Positions 33,014-42,149 of a stretch of DNA of 64,000 nucleotides are shown here, piece by piece. The notes under the pieces are model-generated. The model saw only the letters and a program-made list of their open reading frames with translations, made no database searches and was not told where the DNA came from. The DNA comes from Clostridiales bacterium Firm_07 (lineage in GTDB: Bacteria; Bacillota; Clostridia; Oscillospirales; CAG-272). The stretch's first letter is position 1. Each line of letters opens with the position of its first letter. The stretch covers positions 85,244 through 149,243 of the forward strand of contig LVAM01000010.1 of the NCBI GenBank assembly GCA_001604005.1, in the 5' to 3' direction. The position numbers and the translations under genes are program-made.

Positions 33014-34867
33014 ATGCAAACGCAAACATACTATGCCGCAAACAAACAATACGGCAACCGCCCCTTCACCGACGCGCAGATCGCTCTCCCGTGGGAGACG
33101 GCGCGATATGCCGGCGTGATGGACGCCCACGCGCGTTTCGTCGAGGAAAATCAACTGCTCTTTGAAGACGATTGGCACCTGTTCGTCAACCAATTCCGCA
33201 CCCACTCCGACGACGCCGACACGGGCTGGCGCGGCGAATACTTCGGCAAAATGATGCGCGGCGCGGCGTGGACCTATCAATACACGAAAAACGAGAAACT
33301 CTACGCTCTGCTCGAAAAGATCGCCGTGGAAATGCTGGAAACGCAGGACGCGGCGGGACGTTTTTCAACGTACGGCATACCCGCGGAGTTTTCCGGTTGG
33401 GACCTTTGGAGCAGAAAATACGTTCTGCTCGGTTTTCTCCATTTTCACGAGATCTGCCGTGACGCGGCTCTTCGGCAAAAAATCGAAACCGCGCTGGAAA
33501 AACACCTCGATTATATTGTCGATCACATTTATGAAAAAAAGGTAAAGCTGAACGCGACCACCGCCCACTGGGGCGGTATCAATTCCGCCTCGATACTCGA
33601 ACCCACCGTGAGAATGTACAATCTCACGGGCAAGAAAAGTTACCTCGATTTCGCGGAATACATCATTGCTTTTCTGACAAGCGGCAAGGCAAATATCTTC
33701 TCCCTTGCCCTCGAAAACAAACTGCTTCCCTATCAATATCCCATCGTCAAAGCATACGAGATGATGTCCTGCTTTGAGGGTTTGATCGAATATTACCGCG
33801 CAACGGGCAAAGAATGGTGCCGCACGGCGGTGATCAACTTCGTCGAGGCGGTGGCAAAAAGCGACGTCTCCGTCATCGGGTGCGCGGGGTGCAAGCACGA
33901 ACTCTTCAATCACGCCGCGGCAACGCAGACCGATCCCGACTACAAGGGCGTGATGCAGGAGACCTGCGTCACGGTCACCTGGATGAAACTTTGCAACCAA
34001 CTGCTGATGCTGACGGGCGAGGCGAAATACGCCGATCGTATCGAACGATCGGTGTATAACGCTCTTCACGGCGCCGTCAACACCGAGAAACGCGAGAAAA
34101 ACGGCGGCTATATGTTCGACAGTTACAGCCCCTTGCTCCTCGGTGAGCGCGGACGGCTGGTGGGCGGTTACCGAGACATTTCCGAAACGCGGCATTACGG
34201 CTGCTGCGTCGCCATCGGCGCGGCGGGCACGGCACTGCCGCTGCTCACCGCCGTCACCGCGACACAAAGCGGAATCGCCGTCAACTATTACGAAAAAGGC
34301 ACCGTCACGGCAAACGGATTTTCACTGGATATCGACACGCGCTATCCCGCGGCGGGAGAAGTCAAAATCACCGTCACCCGCGCCGATGCGGGCGAGCGCG
34401 AGATCGCGCTGCGCATTCCCGCCTTTGCGGGAGAGGGCACCCGCCTTACCGTCAACGGCGAAGAGCGGAAAACGGTGCGAAACGGTGCGAGTTTTTACGC
34501 AAAGATCGCCCGCGCGTGGCAAGCGGGCGACCGCATCGAATTGACGCTGGATATGCACTGCCGCGTGGCGCTTCCCGAAGGCATGGATGAAAAACCCGAA
34601 AGCAAAAATCATCTTGCCGTCCTTTACGGTCCGCTCGTCCTTGCGCGCGACGCCCGCTATACCGCGGTGGGTACGCCCGTCAACGCCGCCGAAACAGCCG
34701 AGATCACCCCGCTCCCCGCGGGCGGCGCGCGCGCGCTCCTTTTTGCCGACGTGCGCGTGGGGGGCGAAACGCTCCGTATGGTCGATTACGGCAGCGCCGG
34801 CAAAACCTGGGACGAAAAATCGCTGACCGAAGTGTGGCTCAAAACCAATCAAACACAAACAAATTGA
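33014..34867 (+). CDS. Glycoside hydrolase family 127-like protein (DUF1680; beta-L-arabinofuranosidase type)
   Basis: 617 aa from the ATG at 33014, preceded by GGAGGAG. Cys-containing motifs GCAGCKHELF and HYGCCVAIGAAG fit the Cys-rich Zn site of GH127. No signal peptide. Confidence 0.7.
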   Translation: MQTQTYYAANKQYGNRPFTDAQIALPWETARYAGVMDAHARFVEENQLLFEDDWHLFVNQFRTHSDDADTGWRGEYFGKMMRGAAWTYQYTKNEKLYALLEKIAVEMLETQDAAGRFSTYGIPAEFSGWDLWSRKYVLLGFLHFHEICRDAALRQKIETALEKHLDYIVDHIYEKKVKLNATTAHWGGINSASILEPTVRMYNLTGKKSYLDFAEYIIAFLTSGKANIFSLALENKLLPYQYPIVKAYEMMSCFEGLIEYYRATGKEWCRTAVINFVEAVAKSDVSVIGCAGCKHELFNHAAATQTDPDYKGVMQETCVTVTWMKLCNQLLMLTGEAKYADRIERSVYNALHGAVNTEKREKNGGYMFDSYSPLLLGERGRLVGGYRDISETRHYGCCVAIGAAGTALPLLTAVTATQSGIAVNYYEKGTVTANGFSLDIDTRYPAAGEVKITVTRADAGEREIALRIPAFAGEGTRLTVNGEERKTVRNGASFYAKIARAWQAGDRIELTLDMHCRVALPEGMDEKPESKNHLAVLYGPLVLARDARYTAVGTPVNAAETAEITPLPAGGARALLFADVRVGGETLRMVDYGSAGKTWDEKSLTEVWLKTNQTQTN

Positions 34868-34880
34868 TATCGCGAAATAT

Positions 34881-34910
34881 TTGACACATAACAGGAAATC
34901 GTGCTATAAT
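34881..34910 (+). promoter_or_regulatory. Sigma-A promoter (extended -10) of the first GH20 gene
   Basis: TTGACA (34881-34886), an 18-nt spacer, then TGcTATAAT ending at 34910. Confidence 0.55.
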
Positions 34911-34957
34911 CAAATGCGAAAAATCCATCAAATTCAAACAACGGAAAGGAACGAAAA

Positions 34958-36568
34958 ATGATACTGCCGATTGTCAAAAATCAAATCGAGAAAGACGGCT
35001 TTTGCCGACTTCCTGCCGTCCTTATCTGCTCTTTTGCCGATGAAACGGGCAAACTCGGCGCCGCGGCGCTGGCAAGTTTCGACAAGCGCGTAAAACTCAC
35101 CGCAAACGATGCGTTTATTACGTTTTCTTTTGACGACACGCTGGAAGAAAAAGCCGAGATCTACCGCGTCACGGTGGAAAAAGGCGCCATACGCGTCGGA
35201 TTTCGTGACCGCCGCGGCGCGGTCAACGGCGCCGCGAGCGTCGCTTTGCTTCTGCGGAAAAAGAAGATCGCTTGCGGGGAGATCGTAGATTATCCCGACG
35301 CCTCTTTCCGCGGGCTTATGGTCGACCCCGGTTACGGCGTGGCGGATATGCCGCTGATGGAAAGCACCATACGCTATATGGCGCTTGCCAAGTATAATTA
35401 TTTGCACTTGCACCTCATCGACAAAATGGGCCCCGGCTACGTTTCAAAAGCCGTGCCCGAATACAAGTTTTCCGGGGAAGGCACTCCCTGGACGCTGGAC
35501 ACGCTCCGCGAAATTGATCAACTCTGCAAAAAATATGCCATCGAGATCATTCCGGAGATCGAGGTGCCGGGGCACGCCACCGCCATTGCCGAAACCTTTC
35601 CGGATTTCAAATGTCAGGTGAAAGACGCGCAGAGCTGGACGGTTTGCGCCGGAAACGAAGATCTGTATACTTTCGTCGACAAACTGATCGGCGAACTTGC
35701 CGAAGTCTTTCCCGATTGCACTTATATGCACATCGGCACCGACGAGATCGAGTTTACCAACTATCCCGAGGGTCCGTTGCTCTGCCATTGGACGGAGTGC
35801 CCCCGCTGTGCCGCGCTGCGGAAAAGAGAGGGGCTTGCGGATATGCGTGAGGAATTCTACTATATGGTGGAACGTTGCCGCAAAATCTGCCTTGCCCACG
35901 GCAAGAAAATGATGATGTGGAGCGATCAGATCGACGTTTCGCGGGACACGGTCAACCTCTCGCGGGACATTCTGATGGATTTTTGGCGCGTTGCCGCGCC
36001 GGGGCGCGGTCCGCACGAGGGTTGCACCTTCGAAAAACTGCTGGAAAAGGGCTTTACCGCCATCAACTCTTTTTATCGCTATGCCTACACCGACGAGGAG
36101 CGTTTCCTCTCCTCCGAAAAAATGAAGACCTGGACGCCCCACACGATGCCCGAACAATCGCCCGCATACGCGGCGCAAGTGCCGGGCGGCAAACTGTGCA
36201 TTTGGGGCTTTGCCTACAAGGAGAAATACGGCTACTACGGGTACGTGGCACCCGCCGCCATTATGCTGTTCGGTCAGAAACTGTGGAATTTTAACGACTT
36301 GGAATACACCGACGAATACAAAGCGGCGTTTGCGGAATATCTCTTCGGCGGCGCGGAATATGCCTGCATTTTCGATTGCGTCGGCGACGTGATGCCCCCC
36401 AAAACTCTTGAATTTTTCACCTATCTGCCCGCCGACCAAATTGATCTCTCCCTTGTGCAGAAATCCATTGATATGCTGAAAGCCAACACCGACTGTTTCA
36501 TCGCGGGCGACTATATCGAACTCTTGGAGCATATCGCCGAAACGGCGCGAAACGCCGCCGAAAAATAA
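34958..36568 (+). CDS. GH20-family beta-N-acetylhexosaminidase
   Basis: 536 aa. GH20 signatures FRGLMVDPG, YNYLHLHLID, IIPEIEVPGHA and HIGTDE (catalytic D-E pair). No signal peptide. Confidence 0.85.
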   Translation: MILPIVKNQIEKDGFCRLPAVLICSFADETGKLGAAALASFDKRVKLTANDAFITFSFDDTLEEKAEIYRVTVEKGAIRVGFRDRRGAVNGAASVALLLRKKKIACGEIVDYPDASFRGLMVDPGYGVADMPLMESTIRYMALAKYNYLHLHLIDKMGPGYVSKAVPEYKFSGEGTPWTLDTLREIDQLCKKYAIEIIPEIEVPGHATAIAETFPDFKCQVKDAQSWTVCAGNEDLYTFVDKLIGELAEVFPDCTYMHIGTDEIEFTNYPEGPLLCHWTECPRCAALRKREGLADMREEFYYMVERCRKICLAHGKKMMMWSDQIDVSRDTVNLSRDILMDFWRVAAPGRGPHEGCTFEKLLEKGFTAINSFYRYAYTDEERFLSSEKMKTWTPHTMPEQSPAYAAQVPGGKLCIWGFAYKEKYGYYGYVAPAAIMLFGQKLWNFNDLEYTDEYKAAFAEYLFGGAEYACIFDCVGDVMPPKTLEFFTYLPADQIDLSLVQKSIDMLKANTDCFIAGDYIELLEHIAETARNAAEK

Positions 36569-36591
36569 AATCGCGTCCTTTGCTCAATTTG

Positions 36592-36622
36592 TTGCGCCAA
36601 TCGTGGAAAATCGTGCTATAAT
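36592..36622 (+). promoter_or_regulatory. Probable promoter (extended -10) of the second GH20 gene
   Basis: TTGCGC, a 19-nt spacer, then TGcTATAAT (36617-36622). The box GAAAATCGTGCTATAAT is nearly identical to the one at 34894-34910. Confidence 0.45.
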
Positions 36623-36666
36623 ATCCTTGCTTACGAAAAACAAAATACATCCCGAAAGGAAAAACC

Positions 36667-38364
36667 ATGCTGAAACTGATACCTGCCGTAAAAGAACTGC
36701 GCGCAAGAGACGGAAAAGTGACCAAAAGATCCGTTGCCCCCGTTGACGGCATTTCGGACGCGCGACTGCAAAAAGCTCTTGCCAAACTGCCCGTCGCCCC
36801 CGACGGACTTGCGCTTTCGCTTTGCATTGGCAAGGACGAGAGCGAGGAATACACCCTCACCCTTGACGCCGAGCGCGTATCGATCACCGCGGGCGGCGCG
36901 CGTGGCGCGTTTTACGCCATTCAGACCTTGCGCCAAATTTTTGAGAACGACGACGTGCCGTGCCTGACGATCCACGACAAGCCCGATTTTTCCTATCGCG
37001 GCTTTTATCACGACGTCACGCGCGGCAAGATTGCCACGGTCAAGACCATCAAAAACCTTGTCGACACGATGGCGCGCTTCAAGATGAACGCCCTGCAACT
37101 GTACGTCGAGCACGTTTTCGAGTTTGAGGAGTGCCGCGATCTGATCGACAAAACCGGGTATCTGACCGGCGCGGAGATCGAGGAGATCGACGCGTATTGC
37201 AAAGAAAACTTTATTGATTTTCAGCCCTCCCTCTCCACGTTCGGGCATCTTTTCGAGCTTGTTCAGCAGGAAAAATACCAACATTTGCGTGTGTTGAAGA
37301 ATTTTGAGGAAGACGCCTGCCGTTGGAGCGACAGAATGATGCACCACACGATAGACCCCTCCGCCCCCGAGAGCATCGAGATCGTCAAGCACCTGATCGA
37401 TCAATACGCGCCGCATTTCACAAGCAAATTTTTCAACGTCTGCTGTGACGAAACTTTTGACCTGAAAAGCAGTTTCCCGTCCGAGGTCGAGGGAAAACTG
37501 TACATTGATTTTGTGAAAAAGATCATCGCGCACACGAAAGCGAAAGGTAAAACCGCGATGATGTGGGCGGATATTCTCCTGCAACACCCCGAATACATCG
37601 GCGAGATCCCCGACGACGTGATCTTTCTCAACTGGACCTACCGCGCCGATCCTTTGGAAGAGGGCGTCGCGAAACTTGCCGAAATGGGCAGAAAACAGAT
37701 CGTGTGCCCGGGCACCACGTCGTGGAGCCGCTTTTGCGAGCGGGTGGACCGCGAGGAGCCCAACATCACGCGCCTTGCCGATTACGGGTACAAACACGGC
37801 GCCCTCGGTGTGCTCAACACCAACTGGGGCGACTGGGGCAACCCCGCCTCGCTTGAAACCGTCGCTTACGGGCTGGTGCTGGGCGCGGCGAAATCCTGGG
37901 CGATCGACACCGCGCCGGGCGACGCTCTGGACGCCGCCGTGAACGCGCTGCTCTACAAAAACCCCGATGCCATGCGCTGTCTGCGCCGTATGAGCGCCGC
38001 GCACAACGGCGTGGACTGGGTGAAAATCATGCGCGCCGCGCACAATCGCCGCGCGGGGATTGCGTACGAAGCGCCCATCACGAAAGAGGACGTGGCAACG
38101 GCACAGGACGCTTACCGTGAACTTTCCGCCGCGCTGGGCGCGCAAGATTGGCGCGAGGGCGATTTCAAAGCCGAAATGCTCCTTGCCGCCGAGGGGATCT
38201 GCGTGCTTGCCGAACTCGGCGCGAAACTCGCCGACGTAAAGGTAAAACGCCTGACCGACACGAAAGCCTTCCTTGCCCGCTACCGCGAGAAGTGGTTGGA
38301 GAAAAACAAAGAAAGCGAACTGACGCGCATCGAGGACGCGCTCCTTTACGCCGAGAGCGTATAA
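36667..38364 (+). CDS. GH20-family glycosidase (hexosaminidase / lacto-N-biosidase-like paralog)
   Basis: 565 aa. FSYRGFYHDVTRG, KMNALQLYVEH, FQPSLSTFGHL and FNVCCDETFDL (D-E pair) fit a GH20 TIM barrel. No signal peptide. Confidence 0.75.
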   Translation: MLKLIPAVKELRARDGKVTKRSVAPVDGISDARLQKALAKLPVAPDGLALSLCIGKDESEEYTLTLDAERVSITAGGARGAFYAIQTLRQIFENDDVPCLTIHDKPDFSYRGFYHDVTRGKIATVKTIKNLVDTMARFKMNALQLYVEHVFEFEECRDLIDKTGYLTGAEIEEIDAYCKENFIDFQPSLSTFGHLFELVQQEKYQHLRVLKNFEEDACRWSDRMMHHTIDPSAPESIEIVKHLIDQYAPHFTSKFFNVCCDETFDLKSSFPSEVEGKLYIDFVKKIIAHTKAKGKTAMMWADILLQHPEYIGEIPDDVIFLNWTYRADPLEEGVAKLAEMGRKQIVCPGTTSWSRFCERVDREEPNITRLADYGYKHGALGVLNTNWGDWGNPASLETVAYGLVLGAAKSWAIDTAPGDALDAAVNALLYKNPDAMRCLRRMSAAHNGVDWVKIMRAAHNRRAGIAYEAPITKEDVATAQDAYRELSAALGAQDWREGDFKAEMLLAAEGICVLAELGAKLADVKVKRLTDTKAFLARYREKWLEKNKESELTRIEDALLYAESV

Positions 38365-38373
38365 CTCTTACCC

Positions 38374-38413
38374 GATAGAAAAAGAGCCGACCGCGGTCGG
38401 CTCTTTTTCTATC
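38374..38413. terminator. Bidirectional intrinsic terminator
   Basis: GATAGAAAAAGAGCCGACC-GC-GGTCGGCTCTTTTTCTATC, between the converging GH20 and XRE genes. Confidence 0.85.
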
Positions 38414-38433
38414 GGAAAACGCCGCAGCGGCGC

Positions 38434-38676
38434 TCACTTTGCAAACAATTCTTCCATCGGAACGCCCAGCACTTTGGCGATCACGTACACCTCTTTATCG
38501 CTCGCCATACGCAGTTGCCCTTCCAATTTGGAGTAACTGGTGGGGTTGATGTCAAGCCCCGCCACCTGCAAGCGGGCGATGAAATCTTTTTGTTTGATCC
38601 CCCGCTCTTTGCGCAAGCGCTCTACGTTGCGCCCGATCAAGTTATGATCCGCATACGCCTTTTTGCGTATTTTCAT
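38434..38676 (-). CDS. XRE-family HTH regulator
   Basis: 80 aa. HTH segment IKQKDFIARLQVAGLDINPTSYSKLEGQ. RBS is GGAGGG. Divergent from the 81-aa/LRR operon. Confidence 0.85.
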   Translation of the reverse strand: MKIRKKAYADHNLIGRNVERLRKERGIKQKDFIARLQVAGLDINPTSYSKLEGQLRMASDKEVYVIAKVLGVPMEELFAK

Positions 38677-38708
38677 TCGCGCCGCCCTCCGAATAATTCT
38701 TTTTTAGC

Positions 38709-38717
38709 ATTTTATCA
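38709..38717 (-). promoter_or_regulatory. Extended -10 element (TGaTAAAAT) for the XRE gene
   Basis: Minus strand reads TGATAAAAT, 33 nt upstream of the ATG. Its -35 region overlaps the -35 of the opposing promoter. Confidence 0.4.
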
Positions 38718-38727
38718 CAGAAAGGAC

Positions 38728-38756
38728 TTGACAATATTCCGAAGTAGAATTATAAT
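38728..38756 (+). promoter_or_regulatory. Consensus sigma-A promoter of the 81-aa/LRR operon
   Basis: TTGACA (38728-38733), a 17-nt spacer, then TATAAT (38751-38756). Confidence 0.65.
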
Positions 38757-38762
38757 TGATAT

Positions 38763-38779
38763 AATTCCAAATTGGAATT
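38763..38779. promoter_or_regulatory. Palindromic operator candidate
   Basis: AATTCCAA-A-TTGGAATT, with perfect 8-bp arms, starts 7 nt downstream of the -10, over the expected transcription start. Confidence 0.5.
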
Positions 38780-38799
38780 AAAAAAGGGGGGGGAGTTTT

Positions 38800-39045
38800 A
38801 TGGACTTTGGAAGTTACAAAGAAGTGATCCGCAATTTGCTCGCACAAAAAGCCGCCAACAATAAGCAGCACGAGGCAAGCATCAAACTATCGGAAATCGT
38901 ATTGTCAATTCGCGCCACAACTGACCTGACGCATCAACTGTATAATTGGTTATTGAACTCGGGTATGGTAACAAGCGCCGTAATTGACGGAAAGGGTCTT
39001 ATCCGTTGCATAGTAAAAGAAGAAATATGGAGAAATAACAAATGA
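38800..39045 (+). CDS. Hypothetical 81-aa protein, translationally coupled to the LRR gene
   Basis: AT-rich ORF. The G8-AG stretch serves as RBS 4 nt before the ATG. Its stop overlaps the LRR gene start (ATGA). No family recognised. Confidence 0.5.
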   Translation: MDFGSYKEVIRNLLAQKAANNKQHEASIKLSEIVLSIRATTDLTHQLYNWLLNSGMVTSAVIDGKGLIRCIVKEEIWRNNK

Positions 39046-41843
39046 GAAACAAATTATTAAAGGCGTTTGCCTTATGCTTTGCGCTTTGCCTTTGCGCGGC
39101 GATGCTCTTACCTCTTGCGGGGTGTGAAGAAAGCGAGGTCGCGACGGCGGGAAGCGCCGATGTGGAAGAACTGAAAACCGCGCTCTCCGAGGCGCAAACT
39201 TCCCTTGCCGATACCAAGACCGCGCTTTCGGACACGCAAAAGGCGCTCTCCGAGGCGCAAGAGGCGATCAAAGCCCTGCAAGAAAAAGATGAGGCGCAAG
39301 ACGGAGCGCACCAAAGCGACGTGGAAAGTTTGCAAGCGACAAACAAAAGCATATCCGAAGACCTTGCCGCGTTGACGGCAGAATATACCGCCAAAGCGGC
39401 GGAACTCTTGGCGGCGGATACCGCCAATCAAGAGGCGCTAAGTACTCTCCGCACGGAATATGAAGCGGCAAAGACGGCGTTGGAGAAAGCCGATACAGAC
39501 AACGCGGCGGCGCTGACGGCATTGACGAACACCTACAATGAAAAGGTAGCGGAACTTGCGGCGGCAGACACAGCAAACACCAATGCGCTCAACACGCTCC
39601 GCGCCGAGTATGAAGCAAAAATCGCGACATTAGAAGCACAAAACGTCTCGCTTGAAAAGCAACTTGCCACACTGCAAACAGAGATCGCTGCACTTTCCGA
39701 CGAGATCGCCTCGGCGGGGCTTGGTTTTGCGGAAAAGGGTGACGGCACGTACGAGTTGGCGGCGGTTTCCGCGGATCTTGTAGAAGTGGCAATTCCCGCC
39801 ACCTATAAAGGCAAAGCCGTGGCCTCTATCGGCGAGCGCGCCTTTGAAGGAAGCAAAGTGCGCAAAGTGGATATTTCCGAAAGCGTGACGGGCATCGGCA
39901 ACTCTGCGTTCAGTGGTTGTGGCAATCTCGAAAGCATCACAATTTCCAAAAGCGTGACGAGCATCGGCAATTCTGCGTTCCAAAATTGCGGCAATCTGAC
40001 AGCGGTCTATATCACCGACATTGCGGCTTGGTGCGGCATATCGTTTGGTAGCAATTATGCCAATCCTCTCTATTATGCCCACAATTTGTATCTCAACGGA
40101 GAATTGGTAACGAATTTCGTAATACCCGAAGGTGTAACGAGCATCGGCGATTATGCGTTCTCCAATTGCAGCAATCTCACGAGCATCACGATCCCCGCGA
40201 GCGTGACGAGCATCGGGGAGTATGCGTTCTCCTATTGCAGCAAACTGACAGCGGTCTATATCACCGATCTTGCATCTTGGTGCGGCATATCGTTTGGTTC
40301 CAATCCTCTCTCTTATGCCCACAATTTGTATCTAAACGGAGAATTGGTAACAGATCTCGTGATACCCGAAGGCGTGACGAGCATCGGCAAGGATACGTTC
40401 GATGGTTGCAATATGACAAGCATCACGATCCCCGCGAGTGTGACGAACATCGGCAATTATGCGTTCTCAAATTGTAGCAAACTCACGAGCATCACGATCC
40501 CCGCGAGCGTGGAGGAAATCGGCAATTCTGCGTTCTCCTATTGCAGCAATCTCACGAGTGTCACCTTTGCAGAGCACAGCCAACTGACGAGGATCGGCAA
40601 CTCTGCGTTCTACTCTTGCAGCAACCTCACGAGCATCACGATCCCCGAAAGTGTAACGAGCATTGGTTTAGGTGCTTTCTCCGGTTGCAACGCTTTGGAA
40701 AGCATAACCTTACCATTTGTGGGTGCGACTAAAGATGGCACAAAGAACACGCATTTTGGTTACATTTTTGGCGCTGCTGATCGTAACAACAGCGGTTCTG
40801 TACCGTCTACGTTGAAAACAGTTATCCTCACAAGCGGTACGAGCATCGGCAATTCTGCGTTTGCGTGGTGTAGCAAACTCACGAGTATCACGATCCCCGC
40901 GAGTGTAACGAGCATCGGAGATTATGCGTTTGCAGGTATTAGGTATGAGTATGATGAGGGTGTAACAATGGCTTTACAAAGCATCACCTTTGCGGAGAAC
41001 AGCCAACTGACGAGCATCGGCGAGCGTGCGTTCTGGGATTGCAGAAATCTCTCGAGCGTCACAATCCCCGCGAGCGTGACGAGTATCGGCGGTGGTGCGT
41101 TCCGCTATTGCGACAAACTTGTAGAAGTGTATAACCGTTCTGCTCTCACGATTACGGCAGGAAGTTCGGACAATGGTTACGTGGGGTATTATGCCAAGAA
41201 CGTATATACCGAAGCGGGCGGCAATAAACTCTCCACGGATGAAAACGGATATATCATCTATACCGATGGCACGGATAAGATTTTGGTTGGTTATATTGGA
41301 AATGAAACAAATCTTGTCTTACCGACAGATACTACCAAGATTTACGAGTACGCGTTCTACAATTACAGCAAACTCACGAGCATCACGATCCCCGCGAGCG
41401 TGACGAGAATCGGCAGTGATGCGTTCTCGGGTTGCTTCAATCTAACAGCGGTCTATATCACCGATCTTGCGGCTTGGTGCGGCATATCGTTTGGTAATGA
41501 GTATGCCAATCCTCTCTATTATGCCCACAATTTGTATCTGAACGGAGAATTGGTAACAAACCTCGTAATACCCGAAGGCGTGACGAGCATCGGCGATCGT
41601 GCGTTTTACGATTGCAAAAAACTCACAAGCATCACAATCCCCGCGAGCGTGACGAGCATCGGCAGATATGCGTTCTCAAATTGCAGCAATCTCACGAGAG
41701 TCACCTTTGCCAACACGACGGGGTGGTATAGAACGCAAACATACAATGCCACAAGCGGCACGAATATGGACGTGACGAACGCAAGCACCAACGCGAGCAA
41801 TTTGGCATCGAACTATTACTACTATTATTGGTATCGCAAATAA
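39042..41843 (+). CDS. BspA-type leucine-rich-repeat surface lipoprotein
   Basis: 933 aa. Lipoprotein signal with lipobox LPLAGC. Ala/Glu-rich coiled coil (repeated AADTAN..AL.TLR.EYEA). More than 20 LRR_5-type units (IPxSVTSIGxxAFxxCxxLTSITI). Tyr-rich C-terminal end YYYYYWYRK. Confidence 0.85.
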   Translation: MRNKLLKAFALCFALCLCAAMLLPLAGCEESEVATAGSADVEELKTALSEAQTSLADTKTALSDTQKALSEAQEAIKALQEKDEAQDGAHQSDVESLQATNKSISEDLAALTAEYTAKAAELLAADTANQEALSTLRTEYEAAKTALEKADTDNAAALTALTNTYNEKVAELAAADTANTNALNTLRAEYEAKIATLEAQNVSLEKQLATLQTEIAALSDEIASAGLGFAEKGDGTYELAAVSADLVEVAIPATYKGKAVASIGERAFEGSKVRKVDISESVTGIGNSAFSGCGNLESITISKSVTSIGNSAFQNCGNLTAVYITDIAAWCGISFGSNYANPLYYAHNLYLNGELVTNFVIPEGVTSIGDYAFSNCSNLTSITIPASVTSIGEYAFSYCSKLTAVYITDLASWCGISFGSNPLSYAHNLYLNGELVTDLVIPEGVTSIGKDTFDGCNMTSITIPASVTNIGNYAFSNCSKLTSITIPASVEEIGNSAFSYCSNLTSVTFAEHSQLTRIGNSAFYSCSNLTSITIPESVTSIGLGAFSGCNALESITLPFVGATKDGTKNTHFGYIFGAADRNNSGSVPSTLKTVILTSGTSIGNSAFAWCSKLTSITIPASVTSIGDYAFAGIRYEYDEGVTMALQSITFAENSQLTSIGERAFWDCRNLSSVTIPASVTSIGGGAFRYCDKLVEVYNRSALTITAGSSDNGYVGYYAKNVYTEAGGNKLSTDENGYIIYTDGTDKILVGYIGNETNLVLPTDTTKIYEYAFYNYSKLTSITIPASVTRIGSDAFSGCFNLTAVYITDLAAWCGISFGNEYANPLYYAHNLYLNGELVTNLVIPEGVTSIGDRAFYDCKKLTSITIPASVTSIGRYAFSNCSNLTRVTFANTTGWYRTQTYNATSGTNMDVTNASTNASNLASNYYYYYWYRK
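39995..40215 (+). repeat. Long intragenic repeat, copy 1 (LTAVYITD.AAWCGISFG...NLYLNGELVT..VIPEGVTSIG)
   Basis: Highly similar DNA segments recur at 40245-40390 and 41443-41600 within the LRR gene. Confidence 0.7.
40245..40390 (+). repeat. Long intragenic repeat, copy 2
   Basis: CTGACAGCGGTCTATATCACCGATCTTGC..TGGTGCGGCATATCGTTTGG...CCCACAATTTGTATCT.AACGGAGAATTGGTAAC is shared with copies 1 and 3. Confidence 0.7.
41443..41600 (+). repeat. Long intragenic repeat, copy 3
   Basis: Same segment as copies 1 and 2, located about 1.2-1.4 kb downstream. Confidence 0.7.
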
Positions 41844-41944
41844 GCCAAATACAAAAACACGCTGTGGCAAAAAGGGTTTTGCCACAGCGCGGGGGGTCAG
41901 GGGGCAAGGGCGGTGGGTAACGCCGCAACGCCATTCCCTGCCAC

Positions 41945-41976
41945 ACAAAAAACCGACCGCACGGTCGGTTTTTTAT
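41945..41976 (+). terminator. Intrinsic terminator downstream of the LRR gene
   Basis: AAAAAACCGACCGCACGGTCGGTTTTTTAT, a GC stem with flanking A and T runs. An additional hairpin at 41861-41888 has no T-run. Confidence 0.7.
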
Positions 41977-42149
41977 ATGTTTACGCCCGTTTCTCCCTCT
42001 GCCCGCTTCTTGTGCCCGCTTCTTGTTTCTAAAATCGCGCCACCCCGAATTTCGCCTGCGGCGAATATTTTTGCTCCTTACAGATGCCCTTGCGAGCAAG
42101 CATCTGTTTCGTCGCAAATGCGGACCGGATTTTTGCGCAAGCGCAAAAA

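Noticed and set aside
24596-41843. Diversity-generating retroelement acting on the repeat protein or the LRR protein
   Set aside because: There is no reverse transcriptase gene anywhere in the window. There is also no template/variable repeat pair with adenine-specific mismatches. The differences between repeats are ordinary substitutions and indels.
41861-41888. Hairpin GCTGTGGCAAAA/TTTTGCCACAGC as the LRR gene terminator
   Set aside because: No U-run follows it on the plus strand. The canonical terminator at 41945-41976 is the better candidate. It may still be an RNA-stabilising stem.
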